A stretch of DNA of 64,000 nt from Camelus dromedarius. Its lineage: Eukaryota. Each line of letters opens with the position of its first letter. The first letter of the stretch is position 1. The notes below the pieces were generated by a model. It did not search any database, was not told the origin of the DNA, and was given only the letters and a program-made list of their open reading frames with translations. Below, one piece after another: positions 37,620 to 49,906 of the stretch. The position numbers were made by a program, and so were the translations under genes. The stretch spans positions 19,034,001-19,098,000 of the forward strand of contig NC_087454.1 in NCBI RefSeq assembly GCF_036321535.1. Reading direction: 5' to 3'.

Positions 37620-38283
37620 AGATCCCTGCAGAGGCCGGCTACTGAGCATCAGCTAAGCTCCCCACTGCACCCCCACCCTAGTGTGGTCCCAAATCCTCCC
37701 TTGACGACTCCCACTGAGAAAGGCTGAAGTCCGGGAGCGGTGAAGCCCAGGACCAGGCTCCTGAAAGCGGGTCGCCTCTGCTCAGCCCCAGCTAAGAGCC
37801 TCAGGCTTCGGTCCCAGGTCTGGACAGGCCGCCAAGTGCCACCGCCTGCTGGCTGTCCACCCCGCAGCTTCTGGTGCATGGTCAGGTTGATCTTCTGACT
37901 GAAGCTCTTGCCCCACACGCCGCAGCCTTAGGGCTTCTCGCCCCTGTGGCCCCTGCCGTGGGTGAGGAGGTCAGAGCATCTGCTGAAGCCCTTGTCCCGG
38001 TCACAGCCGTGCCCCTGTGCGCCCTCTGCTGGATGATAGGGTGCGAGCTCCCGCTGAGGCTCTGCGAGCAACCCCGCGACTTGCAGGCCTTCTCCCAGGA
38101 GTGGACCCGCCTGTGCAGAATGAGATTGGCACTGTGGCTGATAAACTTGGTACAGTCCTGGCACTGGTAGGACCTCTTGCCCGAGTGCGTGTGCCAGCGC
38201 ACCGGCAGCCGTGAGCTGCAGCTGAATCTGCAGGGCGCCTGTGGGCACGGGAAGGGCCAGTCACTGGTGTGCGTGCAGCACAT
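37620..38283 (-). pseudogene. Decayed C2H2 zinc-finger array relic (about 5 fingers plus GC-rich 3' sequence)
   Basis: SYQCQDCTKFISHSANLILHRRVHSWEK, DKGFSRCSDLLTH..HRGEKP* and CGVWGKSFSQKINLTMHQK lie in different frames, with lost Cys/His ligands. Confidence 0.75.
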
Positions 38284-41253
38284 TAAATTTCAGCCTATGA
38301 GTTTTATAAAGCAGTTTAAGTTATGGTGATGTAGCAGAAGACAGGAAAGCAAGAAAATGTGTCACAATGATACCAAATGAAGGATGTTGGGTTACGTTAC
38401 TAACATAACACACCCAAAGTGGGCTTTGATAAAATCCTACATATCCTTCATGATCTGAAGGCTTTGTATGCGCACAAGGCTACACCATGAGGAAGACACT
38501 CATCTGGGACTGAACATGAGGACTTGCAAACCCAGAAAGTAAAAGCCAAGACAAATTTACAAACTGGCCTGAGCTTTGAATGCATTCTCCAAACCACACA
38601 GAGCCATCAATTAAGGTTGGAAGACTCAACGTCCCAAAGTGTTTAAGCACAACCTTTAACCAATCATTGACTAACCAACAAACTAGATTGATACAGGGGA
38701 GACGTCTAAGAAACAAGCCTTAAAAATGAAAACAAAAATGTTAAAACACATGGCTAACAATGCAGGAAAAGAGAGCCCAAAGAATCAGTTCAAGCAAGTC
38801 ATTAACCAAATAAACAGCAACAACTACCCTTGGGAGCAGAATCCGTCTTTGCTACATCATCTAAAATATCCAGTAATCAACAAAAAATCATGAGACATGC
38901 AAAGAAACAGGAAAGTGTGACCGATATGCAATAAAACAACACTTGATATAAACTATCTCTTAGGAACCCCAGATGTTAGATGTAACAAAGACTTCAAAGC
39001 AGCTGTTATAACTATGTTCAGAAAACTAAAGTGTTAGTGATACTACATTGTACATTTGAAAGTTGTTAAGAGAGTAAATCAAGTTCTCAGCAGAAGAGAA
39101 AAATGTGTGGTGTTGGATGTTAACTAAATTGATATGGTGACCATCCTGCAATATATACATATATCAAATCATTATGTTGTACACCTAAAACAGATACAAT
39201 GTTATGTGTCAACTACACCTCAACCAAAAACAAATATAAAAAATAAAATAAATATATAGAGACACTGATTAGGCTGTGATAGGTAGAAGCAGAAGGTCTC
39301 ATGGAAGCTCAAAGAAGAAACACCTAGTTCAGACTTTAGGGCTGGCCATGAGTAGAAGGCTGGAACCAGAGATTCAGAATATGGAGTTGAATTATGAGGG
39401 ATGAGCATGAGTCACTCGGGAGTAGAGGACGGAGTCCTGGCACAGAGGGGCAGAGGTCAATAGATCACATAATGGATAACTCTCAAGCACCAGGGGTAAG
39501 GCAGGGCAATGTGCCCGATGCTACAGGGAGACAGAGACATGTGGTACTTGGTGCCTGCCCCAGGTTATTACAGTCACCCCACACCCCCTCCCCAGGGGAG
39601 CAGCATTGATAAAAGTGCACCTTATCAACTGAGGAAATGCAAACAGCACTTGCCACTCCTTCCTGCTGCCTGCTGCCCAGACTAGCCCCTTTGGCAGCTG
39701 CCCCACAGAAATTCGCTCAGGGGAGAATCAAGGTCAAGTTTCTTCAGGAAATGTGCTGTGCACAAGAAATTCAACAAAAGAGAAATGGATTTGACAGAGA
39801 AGACAAGCTCTTTGACTTTTGAAGTAAAATCTTAGAAGATTTGAGGCTCAAACTATGCCATCTCTCCTCTTGACTTATGGTTCTTCCTAGTATTTTGCTT
39901 AAAAATTATAAATCCACTGTAAATCTCCTTTCAGTAAGTAAAGAACAAGTATGTCAAAGTAAGATGTGAATGCTGAAATAGGGCCTAGAGAAAAACACTG
40001 GAGTTAAAAACACTTAGGCAGATGCTGTTGCAAGAAGTTGAAACATGTTGAAAGAAGATATGTTCAGATAAGCTGGAAAAAAACAAACTTTAGGCTAATG
40101 TGGTGAGTTTGCTTTAAAACTAGTAGTTAACCACACAAACCCCCAAACCAAACAGAAGCTACTTTTTAATTTTTTACTGTTTCGTCTTCTCCATCATTGG
40201 GCTCTCTTTGTAACTCTTCCCTTCCATTAGCCTGAAGACTGGGAAGGGGCTCCATTTACTACATGAATATGTATTATTTGGTTTTGAGTTCTTCTAAATC
40301 TGTCCATGGGCTATGGGACTCCTAAACAAAAATGAGACACAAACACACACATACTAGAACTATGCAATTATAAACACATATATACACCCAGAGACATGCA
40401 TATACAGATGATCTCTGTGAGAAAGGATGAGATACCCAGAGTCCTCTCAGTAGGCTAGTGGGCACTGATGGCCTGGGGGGTGCGGTCTGTGTAACAGTTT
40501 TCAGCTGTTTAAAAATAAGAAGTCATCAAAGGCATGACCTTCTCTGCCTTAGCATGAGGCACAAACACACACACAAAAAGATTCATGCTTATACATGTGC
40601 TATAAAGGAGGATAATCTATAAATTTACTATTCACTCACATGACCTCAGATGTACAGCAAGTCAGTGAGCCACGCTGCTGAGAAACAGGGCCCCAGGGTC
40701 CTCCAGAGATGTAAGGGGAAAGAGGAGGAGGAGCTGGCCTGGCTTGCTGCTAAGAAGAATCCCAGAATGGTCCTCTGAGAGCCAAGAAAAACAGGAAATA
40801 GGATCTAAGGGCAGACTTTGGGCTTCAGAGATAAATACCACCCACTCTTCTATTCACTCTCCTTTCTTCTGGCCAGTCCCCATCTGTCTTGCAAATCTGC
40901 AAGTAATTATCAAGGCCCCACAGTGTACTTTATACTAAACATTCTCCATGATCTGGATTTGCCTTCCTCCTCCACTCAGCATTGCTTTTCTATCCTCCTC
41001 ATTCTCCCTCAAGCTCATCCAAACTCAGACCCACTCCATCTCTCCCTTGTGAGCCTCCCTTCCCTGTCTCCTTTCTCGTCACCCCATCCAACACCCTACA
41101 GGGATATGCAAAGTTATCAGTCTTCATCCACCAGAACTGTCATCACCACTGCCCACCACACCCAGCTGGTATGTGTGAGCATTTCCTGAGCATGTTTCCT
41201 CTCTCCACGGCTAGGACTGACAACGTCACCTGCCAGGGGGATGGGTAACAAGG

Positions 41254-42330
41254 TGTTGAACTAGCATCAACAACTAGGCTGCAAAAAACAAAAAGCTTTC
41301 TTTGGGAGTCTTAGAAATTGCAGTTTGAGAGACACGGATTCTGGTAAAACCAAAAGAGTGTTCTAGGAAAGAGAAAGAGTCAGGGCAAAAGCCACAAGGT
41401 GGTTAAAATTGTTTTGCAAGAATTATGATTGACTCTGACACTAAAAAGAAACTTTTGTCCTTAAGGGATAGACTGTCATGGGTTATTTAGGGTCAGGGTC
41501 CATAAATATCTTTATGATCAACTATTTTATTATTTTTGCATCAGCACTGACTTCCTTGACTCTGGGAAGGCTCATTCTCAGAAAGTCATGTCCCATGGAG
41601 GACAGAAAGGGGTGGTTGTGTGAGTGGTCTGCTTCATAAAGCTTACAGGCACATTTGAGCAAGAAGGAAGGGCATCTTAGGTGGTGTCCAAAACAGAAGA
41701 ATTTCATGGATCTTCATTAGGAAAACTGTTATAGGAGTGATCAGTCATCTCCAGACATCAAGCTATCATCATTCCTGTGGAGGGCATCATAATACAGCAT
41801 CAAGAGATATAAAGCATTAACAACTCGTGGAATACACAGACAGTAATTAATATTGCAAGAATCAATAGTAATGTCATAAGCAAAGATTTTAGCCAGCTAT
41901 CACCTGAGCCAAACTAACCTTTTGATCTCCAAGACTGGGTATTGGATCATTCATAACATTTGTTTGCTTTTTCATATGACTTACCAAGTGGGTGACAGTA
42001 GATGATTCATCTGGTGTGAAAACACAGCATCCAGTTTGTACTATAGCACAGATACCACCCTGAGAGACCAGAACAATGTTAAGAGCCATCGGATTTTGTA
42101 AGACTGCCTCTCTTATTAAAGGTATTTCAGAATATAAAAGATTTATAGCTTGGTGGCTGTCATTTAGGTCTTGTTGGATAAATTTAGGTAAAGCTTCTGT
42201 AAAATAATGACATCTTCAAGTCCCAGTGAGGGAATAAAAATAGCTGCCAAATTATCATACCAGTGAAAGACTGACCTAGCCCATCTTGTTTTTGACAAGA
42301 GGGAATCTGCAGGGGCCATATTGAGGGTTA
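41254..42330 (-). mobile_element. ERV1-type env TM remnant plus probable 3' LTR
   Basis: Minus frame IREAVLQNPMALNIVLVSQGGICAIVQTGCCVFTPDES contains the immunosuppressive domain and CX6CC (about 41990-42115). LTR-like U3/R sequence ends ...GTTCAACA at 41254. The LTR start is uncertain. Confidence 0.7.
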
Positions 42331-42469
42331 TACAGATATGCCCCTGAGTGCAAGGAAATCCTAAGGTGCAACATCCTATCTATGCAGGAAGGATCCAAAG
42401 CCAGAGGTTAGTTCCACAAAGCTATTGCGTTCCATTTAGAGCTACACATTACATACTGGTCATCCATCC

Positions 42470-43800
42470 CAATCAAGAAGACCAATGGAACAGAACTGAG
42501 AGCCCAGAAATAAACACATGTATTTGTGGTCAACTCATATTTGACAAGGGAGCCAAGAGTACTCAACAGGGAAATGATAGTCCCCTTAATAAATGGTGCT
42601 GGGAAAACTGGAAATCCACATGCAGAAAATGGACTCTCTCTCATACCACTTCCAAAAACTAACAGAAATGGTTTAAAGATTTAAATGTAAGACCTGAAAC
42701 CATACTACTTCTAGAATAAAACAAAGAGAAAAGGGTCCTTGACATCTGTCTTGGCAATGATACTAGATATGTCACATAAAGCATAAGCAACAAATAAAAA
42801 CTCAGCGTGTGCGACTGTATCAAACTAAACATCTGCACAGCNNNNNNNNNNNNNNNNNNNNNNNNNNNNNNNNNNNNNNNNNNNNNNNNNNNNNNNNNNN
42901 NNNNNNNNNNNNNNNNNNNNNNNNNNNNNNNNNNNNNNNNNNNNNNNNNNNNNNNNNNNNNNNNNNNNNNNNNNNNNNNNNNNNNNNNNNNNNNNNNNNN
43001 NTACTGATTAAAAAATGGACAAAGGATCTGAGTAGACATATTTCCAAAGACATACAAATAGCTACCAGGAGCATGAAAAGTGCTTGACATCACTAACCAA
43101 CAGGGAAATGCAAATCAAAACACCATGAGATATCACCCTACACTTGTTAGATTACGTGACAAGTAAGATACCAAGTGTTGCCTGGGATGTGGAGAAAAAA
43201 GAACCCTGGTGTACTATTAGTGGAAATGTAAATTGGTACATATATGTGTGTGTGCATTTTATATATTTAAATACGTGAATATTTATATATATTGTTTATA
43301 TGTATATGTATAAAGGAATATTATTCAACCATAAAAAAGAAGGAAATCTTGCCATTTGTTACAACGTGAATGTACTTAAGGACATCATGTAAGTAAAATA
43401 AGTCAAACAGAAAAAGACAAATACTGTACAGCATCATTGATAAATGGAATCTAAAAACATTAAACTCATACAAAGAGAAGAACATTGGTTGTCAGGGGCT
43501 GAGGGGTAAGAGAAGGGGAGAGATGATGTTCTGAAGGCACAAATCTTCAGTTTCAGAATGGTAAGTTCTGGGGACCTAATGTGCTGTGTGGTGACTATAG
43601 TTAACAATATTGTCCTGATTACTTAAAAGTTGCTATGAGAGTAGCAACAAAATGATAATTATGTGAGATGAAGAATGTGCTAACTGCCCTGAGCGTGGTA
43701 ATCACTTCACAGTATATAGGTGTATCAAATCACAACATTGTACACCTTAAACCTACACAATGTTATTGTGTATAATGTCTATTATGTATCTCAATAAAAC
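42470..43800 (+). mobile_element. L1 ORF2 3' end and 3' UTR, decayed
   Basis: [35 protein letters not shown] and an L1 3' UTR ending in aataaaa; N gap at 42842-43001. Confidence 0.88.
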
Positions 43801-45106
43801 TGGAAAAGATAAAAACTCAAATTAGTGCTCATGAGTGTAAAGTGGAACTTCTCAGCAGACTATGGCTATTTCTCCAGCCACAATCAGCTGAACAAATGTA
43901 GGGAAAGGACTGGATCTGGATTGGATTTCAACAGGAACATTGATAGTATGTGTGCAAAGGAGTAATTGTAACGACTGACCAGGGAAAATCTGAGCTATAG
44001 AGAGAGAGAAGTGAAGATGTGAGGGAGGTGAAGGACAGTGATAAATGTCCAGATGCCCACTGAGGAAGGAACTGAGAGGAGGCAGTATAAAGTCTAATCT
44101 CCATGGATACCAAATTCACCGAGAATTATTATGGTAGCAGCACTGGAGAGAGTGAGAGTGAGTCAGGGACAAAATCTTCAAGGAATAAAGAGGAGCAAAG
44201 GGATGAGGTGGGGGGTGACAGCAAAGGAGGGTTAGTGGGCAAAACCAATGACATGAAGGTCAACGCTGCATTCAAAACTGAGGATGACGTCATCGAAACT
44301 ACAACATCTCCCCCGGGTAAGGGTTGCTACCCACGTTTTACAGATAATGGCACTGAGACTCACTGAGGTTAAACAGCTGGCTTAAGGTCACTCAACCAGA
44401 GAACGAAATCCTAAACCAGTTAAAAAAAAAGAGCAGTGATGACAGTGAGAAGGAATTTCACACACTGCCAGGGACACTACCCGAAAGGAAATTTCCCTCT
44501 AGAAGTTTCCCTTCCTTACCCTGAGGGAGCCCTCTCTGGACACCTCCACACAAAAGACTAATGAGAGAGGGACATAGATTCCCCAGGGCTCCATCCTCTT
44601 TTCTAATAACAGGGAAAATTGATTCCCCTGCTTCATCCTGAGTAAGAGGCTTATCAACACCCTTCCTCTTTCTCTACAGCTGCTGTGCCCTTCAGAATCA
44701 GGAAGGGTATTTTTGCTGCCACCACCAGCTAACACTGATTTGCCACCACCACAAGGATCAAGTCCTTGCCTTGTCTATACCTCGTTCCAAGGCTCTCCAG
44801 GAACACACATCACCACCTCTGTCTGGATCTCAATGTTTCACAGGACTTAAGGGGCTTCTTGCCCTAAGACATTCTATTCATTCTTCTGCTGACCAGCAAA
44901 GAAGGCACTACCCCCATCCACGTCTTCTTCCTGAGGTCCGCGCTCTGATCTCAGGCACCCATTCCAGAAATCAACAGTCATGAGACCGGGTCTTTCTTTC
45001 ATCCCTCCCACTGCCGTTGTAAACCCAGAGAACCCAGAACAGGGGCAAGAGACCAACTTCCCACCTGGAAACTGAAGGCCTAAATATTAGTGCCAGAGAA
45101 TAAGCT

Positions 45107-45112
45107 ATGAAG
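45107..45112 (+). CDS. OR2I1: OR2I1 coding exon 1 (Met-Lys only)
   Basis: taagctATGAAG|gtaggt has a purine at -3 and a strong donor. The phase-0 join to 47329 gives MK-ANQS..., matching the N-terminus I recall for human OR2I1P (MKANYSAEERFLLLGFSDW). Splicing is inferred. Confidence 0.78.
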
Positions 45113-45589
45113 GTAGGTTCATTACTATATTATCTTTTCTTAGAATGGTCTTACATATGCATGACACATTCTAGAATACCAAATGAGGTGTGGAGACACA
45201 GTATAGAATATTAGTTACAACTGATTTGTGTTCTGGATGCCTGAGGGGAATTATGGGCTGTGTGTATGTACAAATGTGTCTGGGCTATGTGTTTGGGAAT
45301 TCATGCATACACGTAGCAATTTGATCACTGTGTGCCTGTTTTCAGGGTTTGGTATGTTTGGAGAAGAATGACTTAAGGCCTGGCTGAACTAGCGTGTGTC
45401 TATGTCATCACAGAGTCAGAAAATTTGACTTTTTGTAACTCAGCATCTCTAGCACCACTGGACCATAAGCCTGAATGCCAACTCTCATGCTTCAGTCATC
45501 TCCAGTATAAATATAAAATTACCTAGACATGAAAGTCAGTCTTTGTACGTGCTTTTATCCTTCACAGTCCCCAGCATATTAGATAGAGC

Positions 45590-46070
45590 CAGGTTTATAA
45601 ACAGAGCAAGGATCTCGGAATTAGTCATATTTAGGTTGAAATCCTGATAAGCATTTACAAACCATGTGACCTTGGGCAAGTTATTTAACCTCAGTTACCC
45701 TCCTATCTTACTGTCTAAAATATGAGTATTATCTAATTTTCAGATGAGTAAAGATCAGAGTTAATATATGAAAAGGGATATAAATTTACATACCAATTCT
45801 GTCCTTACTGGATGTAGGAACCCTCTAAATACCTGTTTCCTCATGTGAAATAGGGATCATAGTTACTATTTATTAAACGGCTACTGTAAGTCAGGCACTG
45901 GTCTAAGAGCTTCACGCGTTTGACCTACTTAACCAGTTCTATTTTTATATGAGGAAACTGGGGCCCAGAGAGTTTAAGCAATATTGCCCAAGGCTGCTCA
46001 GCTAGGAAATGGCAGAACCAAGACTGAAACTCAGGCAGTCTGACCCCCCAATGCTGTTTTTAATCACAAT
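45590..46070. mobile_element. MIR fragments in the OR2I1 intron
   Basis: gtgaccttgggcaagttatttaacctc and gaggaaactggggcccagagagtttaagcaatattgcccaaggc MIR motifs. Confidence 0.65.
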
Positions 46071-47328
46071 ATTAGTACTTGTTCTGCTTAAAGAGGATAA
46101 AACCAGAGAACCATATAAACATAACATTTTGTTAAGGGGAAGAGAGTTCTTTCCTGATTAAAAAAAAAAATAGGGGATTATGATTCTTGAATTAAGAACA
46201 GTGAATATTATCTATATAATGATACTGTCAGGAACCATGCAGTAGAAAGATTTCTATGTATCCTTTATCCATTGCATCAATCTTGGTGTTTTCAGTACCT
46301 TTAGGAAATTTGATTCAGCATCACTCTCAAGGGTTAAAAGGCTTCTACATCGACATTTCATTTGTTTAAAAAAAAATCTATTAAAATTAGAGCCAGAAAG
46401 GTGGTACAGGAAACAGAGGTCTAGTTCAAACTCCTCCTTTCACACTTGAAAACATTGAGGTGAAGGGAAGTGAAGTGACTTCCTCATATCAAATCACTAG
46501 CCAAAGGCAGTTATGCTAGGTGGAACTCAGGCCTCCTGACTTTCATTTTAGCGTTCTTTCCTCTACCCAGATAACTCTGACTTTAAAGGCTGGTACACAT
46601 GTGCTGTCTGTGTTGATCGTGATCATCACACTAGACAGTAAGCAGGAGAGGCATGGACATTGGAAGCAGCCTAGAAGAGAGATTCACCACAGATTAAAAT
46701 TCAGTAGTCAGTGGTAATAATGGGTTGTATTAATAGAAGTAGAGCACCTGAAACAAAGAAGGTGACAGTTCTCATTTACCAAAAATGTTGGTTATACCAA
46801 ACTGAGGGTATTACACATGTTTTTAGGCACTACACATTTCAAAGAAGGGGTTGGGAGCTCAGAGTGAAATCTGTCTTCAAATATTTGAAGGGTTATTGTA
46901 GTGGGGGTTGGAGATTCGATTTCTACTTTGGTCCCTAGGAGTACAAGCAGAAGCAGGGAAGCAGCTGAAAAACACTGATTTTGGAAATCAGACAGGCTAA
47001 GTAAAGCCCATAGGGCCACTCATTAGCTATGACCTTGAGATGCTTCAGCCTTTTGAGCCCAAGTTCGTTCATTTATAAAATAGAGATTGTATCTCCCTCA
47101 TAGAATCTGGTAAATATATCAACTAAGATAACTAATATAAGGTTACCTTCCTAAACTAAAGGTTCAGATCTGTCAAGGAGCTTACAATGGATACATAAGC
47201 ATCGTGTGTGCTTCCATCCCTTCCCCCGCCCCACCCCCAATTGCCCTGGTTTTCCTTCGCTTTTAAGGGATAACCTCACCCTTTTGTATGTCGTCCTTTC
47301 AAACGTTCTGGGAGTTTTCCTCCTTTAG

Positions 47329-48270
47329 GCCAACCAGAGCACAGAGGAGCGCTTCCTCCTGCTGGGTTTCTCGGACTGGCCCTCCCTGCAGCCTGTCCTC
47401 TTCGCCCTTGTCCTTTTCTGCTACCTCCTGACCCTGACTGGGAATTCGGCGCTTGCACTGCTGGCTGCGCGCGACCCGCGCCTGCACACGCCCATGTACT
47501 ACTTCCTCTGCCACCTGGCCCTGGTGGACGCGGGCTTCACCACGAGCGTGGTGCCACCGCTGCTGGCCAGCCTGCGCGGCCGGGCGCTGTGGCTGCAGCG
47601 CGGCGGCTGCCTGGCCCAGCTGTGCGCGTCGCTGGCTCTGGGCTCGGCCGAGTGCGTCCTGCTGGCGGTGATGGCGCTGGACCGCGCGGCCGCCGTGTGC
47701 CGCCCGCTGCGCTACGCCGGGCTCGCCTCGCCGCGCCTCTGCCGCGCGCTGGCCGGCGCCTCCTGGCTGGGCGGCCTCACCAACTCGGCGGCGCAGACGG
47801 CCCTCCTGGCCTCGCGGCCGCTGTGCCCGCCCCACCAGGTGGACCACTTCATCTGCGAGCTGCCCGCGCTACTCAAATTGGCCTGCGGCGGCGGCCGGGA
47901 CATCCCAGAGCGCCAGATGTTTGCTGCCCGGGTAGTCATCCTGCTGCTGCCATCCGCTGTCATCTTGGCCTCCTATGCTGCGGTGGCCCGCGCTGTAAGG
48001 GGCATGAGGACCACAGGGAGCCGCAGGAAAGCGGTGGGCACCTGTGGGTCCCACCTGACAGCCGTCTGCCTGTTCTATGGCTCAGCCATCTACACCTACC
48101 TGCAACCCACGCTCGGCTACAACCAGGGACACGGCAAGTTCGTTTCACTTTTCTACACCGTAGTCACACCCGCCCTCAACCCACTCATCTACACCCTCAG
48201 GAATAAGGAAGTGAAGGGGGCAGCGAGGAGGCTCCTGGGGAGTCTTGGGAGAGGGCACGCTGGACAGTGA
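47329..48270 (+). CDS. OR2I1: OR2I1 coding exon 2 (313 aa + stop); intact
   Basis: Acceptor ttttcctcctttag|GCC; open frame ANQSTEERFLLLGFSDWPSLQPVLF...MALDRAAAVCRPLRY...[30 protein letters not shown]. The in-frame codon just upstream is TAG, so there is no ATG in this exon before residue about 58. Confidence 0.9.
   Translation, partial: ANQSTEERFLLLGFSDWPSLQPVLFALVLFCYLLTLTGNSALALLAARDPRLHTPMYYFLCHLALVDAGFTTSVVPPLLASLRGRALWLQRGGCLAQLCASLALGSAECVLLAVMALDRAAAVCRPLRYAGLASPRLCRALAGASWLGGLTNSAAQTALLASRPLCPPHQVDHFICELPALLKLACGGGRDIPERQMFAARVVILLLPSAVILASYAAVARAVRGMRTTGSRRKAVGTCGSHLTAVCLFYGSAIYTYLQPTLGYNQGHGKFVSLFYTVVTPALNPLIYTLRNKEVKGAARRLLGSLGRGHAGQ
47370..47940. promoter_or_regulatory. CpG island within the OR2I1 coding exon
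   Basis: Visibly very high GC with dense CG dinucleotides (e.g. gcgcgcgacccgcgcc, ccgcgcggccgccg) against AT-rich, CpG-poor flanks. Confidence 0.8.
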
Positions 48271-49906
48271 GCGTATCTGGTAGGGAACGAAGTGTTACCC
48301 CAGGGCCCAAGGATGGGATGCCCACTGGAAAGTCAGTCAGTTTAGCCTTCAGGCTGTTCATTTCTGAATGACAGTCTGCAAGATTTGCGCTCACAGAAGC
48401 CAAGGGGAATGGGGGAGATCCTTTCCTCCCGAGGATCAGGAAAGGTTCATTGCTGTAGGGAGAACCCCTACAGCCATGTACATGCAGGTTTAATGAGGGG
48501 GAAATGGCTTTCAGGTTTTCTCCTAAGCTGATGAAGAAAGTTTGATTTCTGGAAGACCTTCCCCATCCACAGAGGACACTATAACCACCTAGGAGGAATC
48601 CATATGCTGGAAAGATGGTTTGGTGTGATTCCAGTCTGATGGAAGAGATCATGAAAGACCTCATGGTGCCTGTCACCAAAAGTGTCCCCCAAAATGGCAA
48701 GAGAATCATAAACTCTGCCCTGCAGGAGTCCCCATCCAGAAGAAGAAACCATGGTCTCTCATCTCAGGGAATCAGTCCAACCTAATGCTCACCTAGCCAG
48801 GGGACTGACTAGTGCCCACCACAGAGCACTTGACCCAGAGGTGTAATGAGGAACACCTACAAGTCTGGTTTGTGCTGAGTGGGGGTAGAGTTGGGAAACT
48901 CTTCTGCAGAAAGTGGTTCTTGAGCAAGTTATAAAGAAGAGAAGAGACTAAATTAGTGGAGTAGGCAGGCATAACTTAGGCTGTGAGAAAAACATGCATG
49001 TGATCAGTAAGGAGACATGAGGCATTGAGATGGAGGAGTAAACGAAGGTAGAAACATGGGAGAAGCAGAGAGGGAAAAGCTCCATTAGCCAGAACTTGGG
49101 CAGAGTGCTGGGGTTCAACCCAGAAACCAACACTACTTCCTTCATCCAACCCAGAGAAGACCTGCTAGACCTTAAGGCAGGCAGGACAGAAACTGGTCCA
49201 CAATCCCCCACCTCTCAGAAAGTCCGTTCCCTCCCGAAGCACATCTGTTCCCAAGAAGCCCCTACTAGAGACATAAAATCTCTAGATCCCCAAGGTAAAT
49301 ATCTTGCCATGCCCACCATCATCCCCAGAAATATGAATAGTTTAATTGGGTGTGAGACAGAGAATAAGAGGGGGCACGGTGCCAAGTTTCGTTTCATACC
49401 AAACAGCTTTAGATAAGGAAAGGAGAAGTAGTTCGACTGAATTTCTAAATTATTTATGAATAAGGTTAGAATGATGTTAAAGTAATTAATTCACTTCAAA
49501 ATAAACCATTTCACTGTTCTATACTAAATGGAAAGTCAGCTTGGTTCAACGATTAGTGAGTAATATGATACACGAAGCACACAGACAACAAACACAGAAT
49601 TTAGTAAAACATAGGTCCCAACCTAAAACTTATTTTATTGTTGGATAGGAAAAGAAATAGGAGTTTTTCTAAGAATCAGAGGGAACCAAGAAAGGATTAA
49701 ATGTTATTCCCTGTCCTGAAACTTATTCAATCATGTTAGAATCAAGGAATCAAAGAGTCAGAAATATGCTACAGTCTTCCTCCCGAGTCCAGACCAAATC
49801 TTCTTTCTACTGATCTTTCTCATTAATTTGGGGACATTATCAGTAATGTGAGCAATTATTAGTGAGTAAGAAGTAGTCGAAAATAAGGCCATTTTTTTTA
49901 TTGCTG

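Noticed and set aside
47288-47290. Nearby ATG as the OR2I1 start
   Set aside because: It is out of frame with the OR, and an in-frame TAG at 47326-47328 blocks any unspliced start.
47299-48206. Long overlapping ORFs (182 aa on minus, 205 aa on plus)
   Set aside because: These are by-products of extreme GC content suppressing stop codons; Ala/Arg/Gly/Pro-rich with no domain.
47494-48270. OR2I1 as a 258-aa truncated ORF or pseudogene starting at MYYFL
   Set aside because: The frame is open back to the acceptor at 47329, and an upstream ATGAAG|GT exon restores a full-length receptor.
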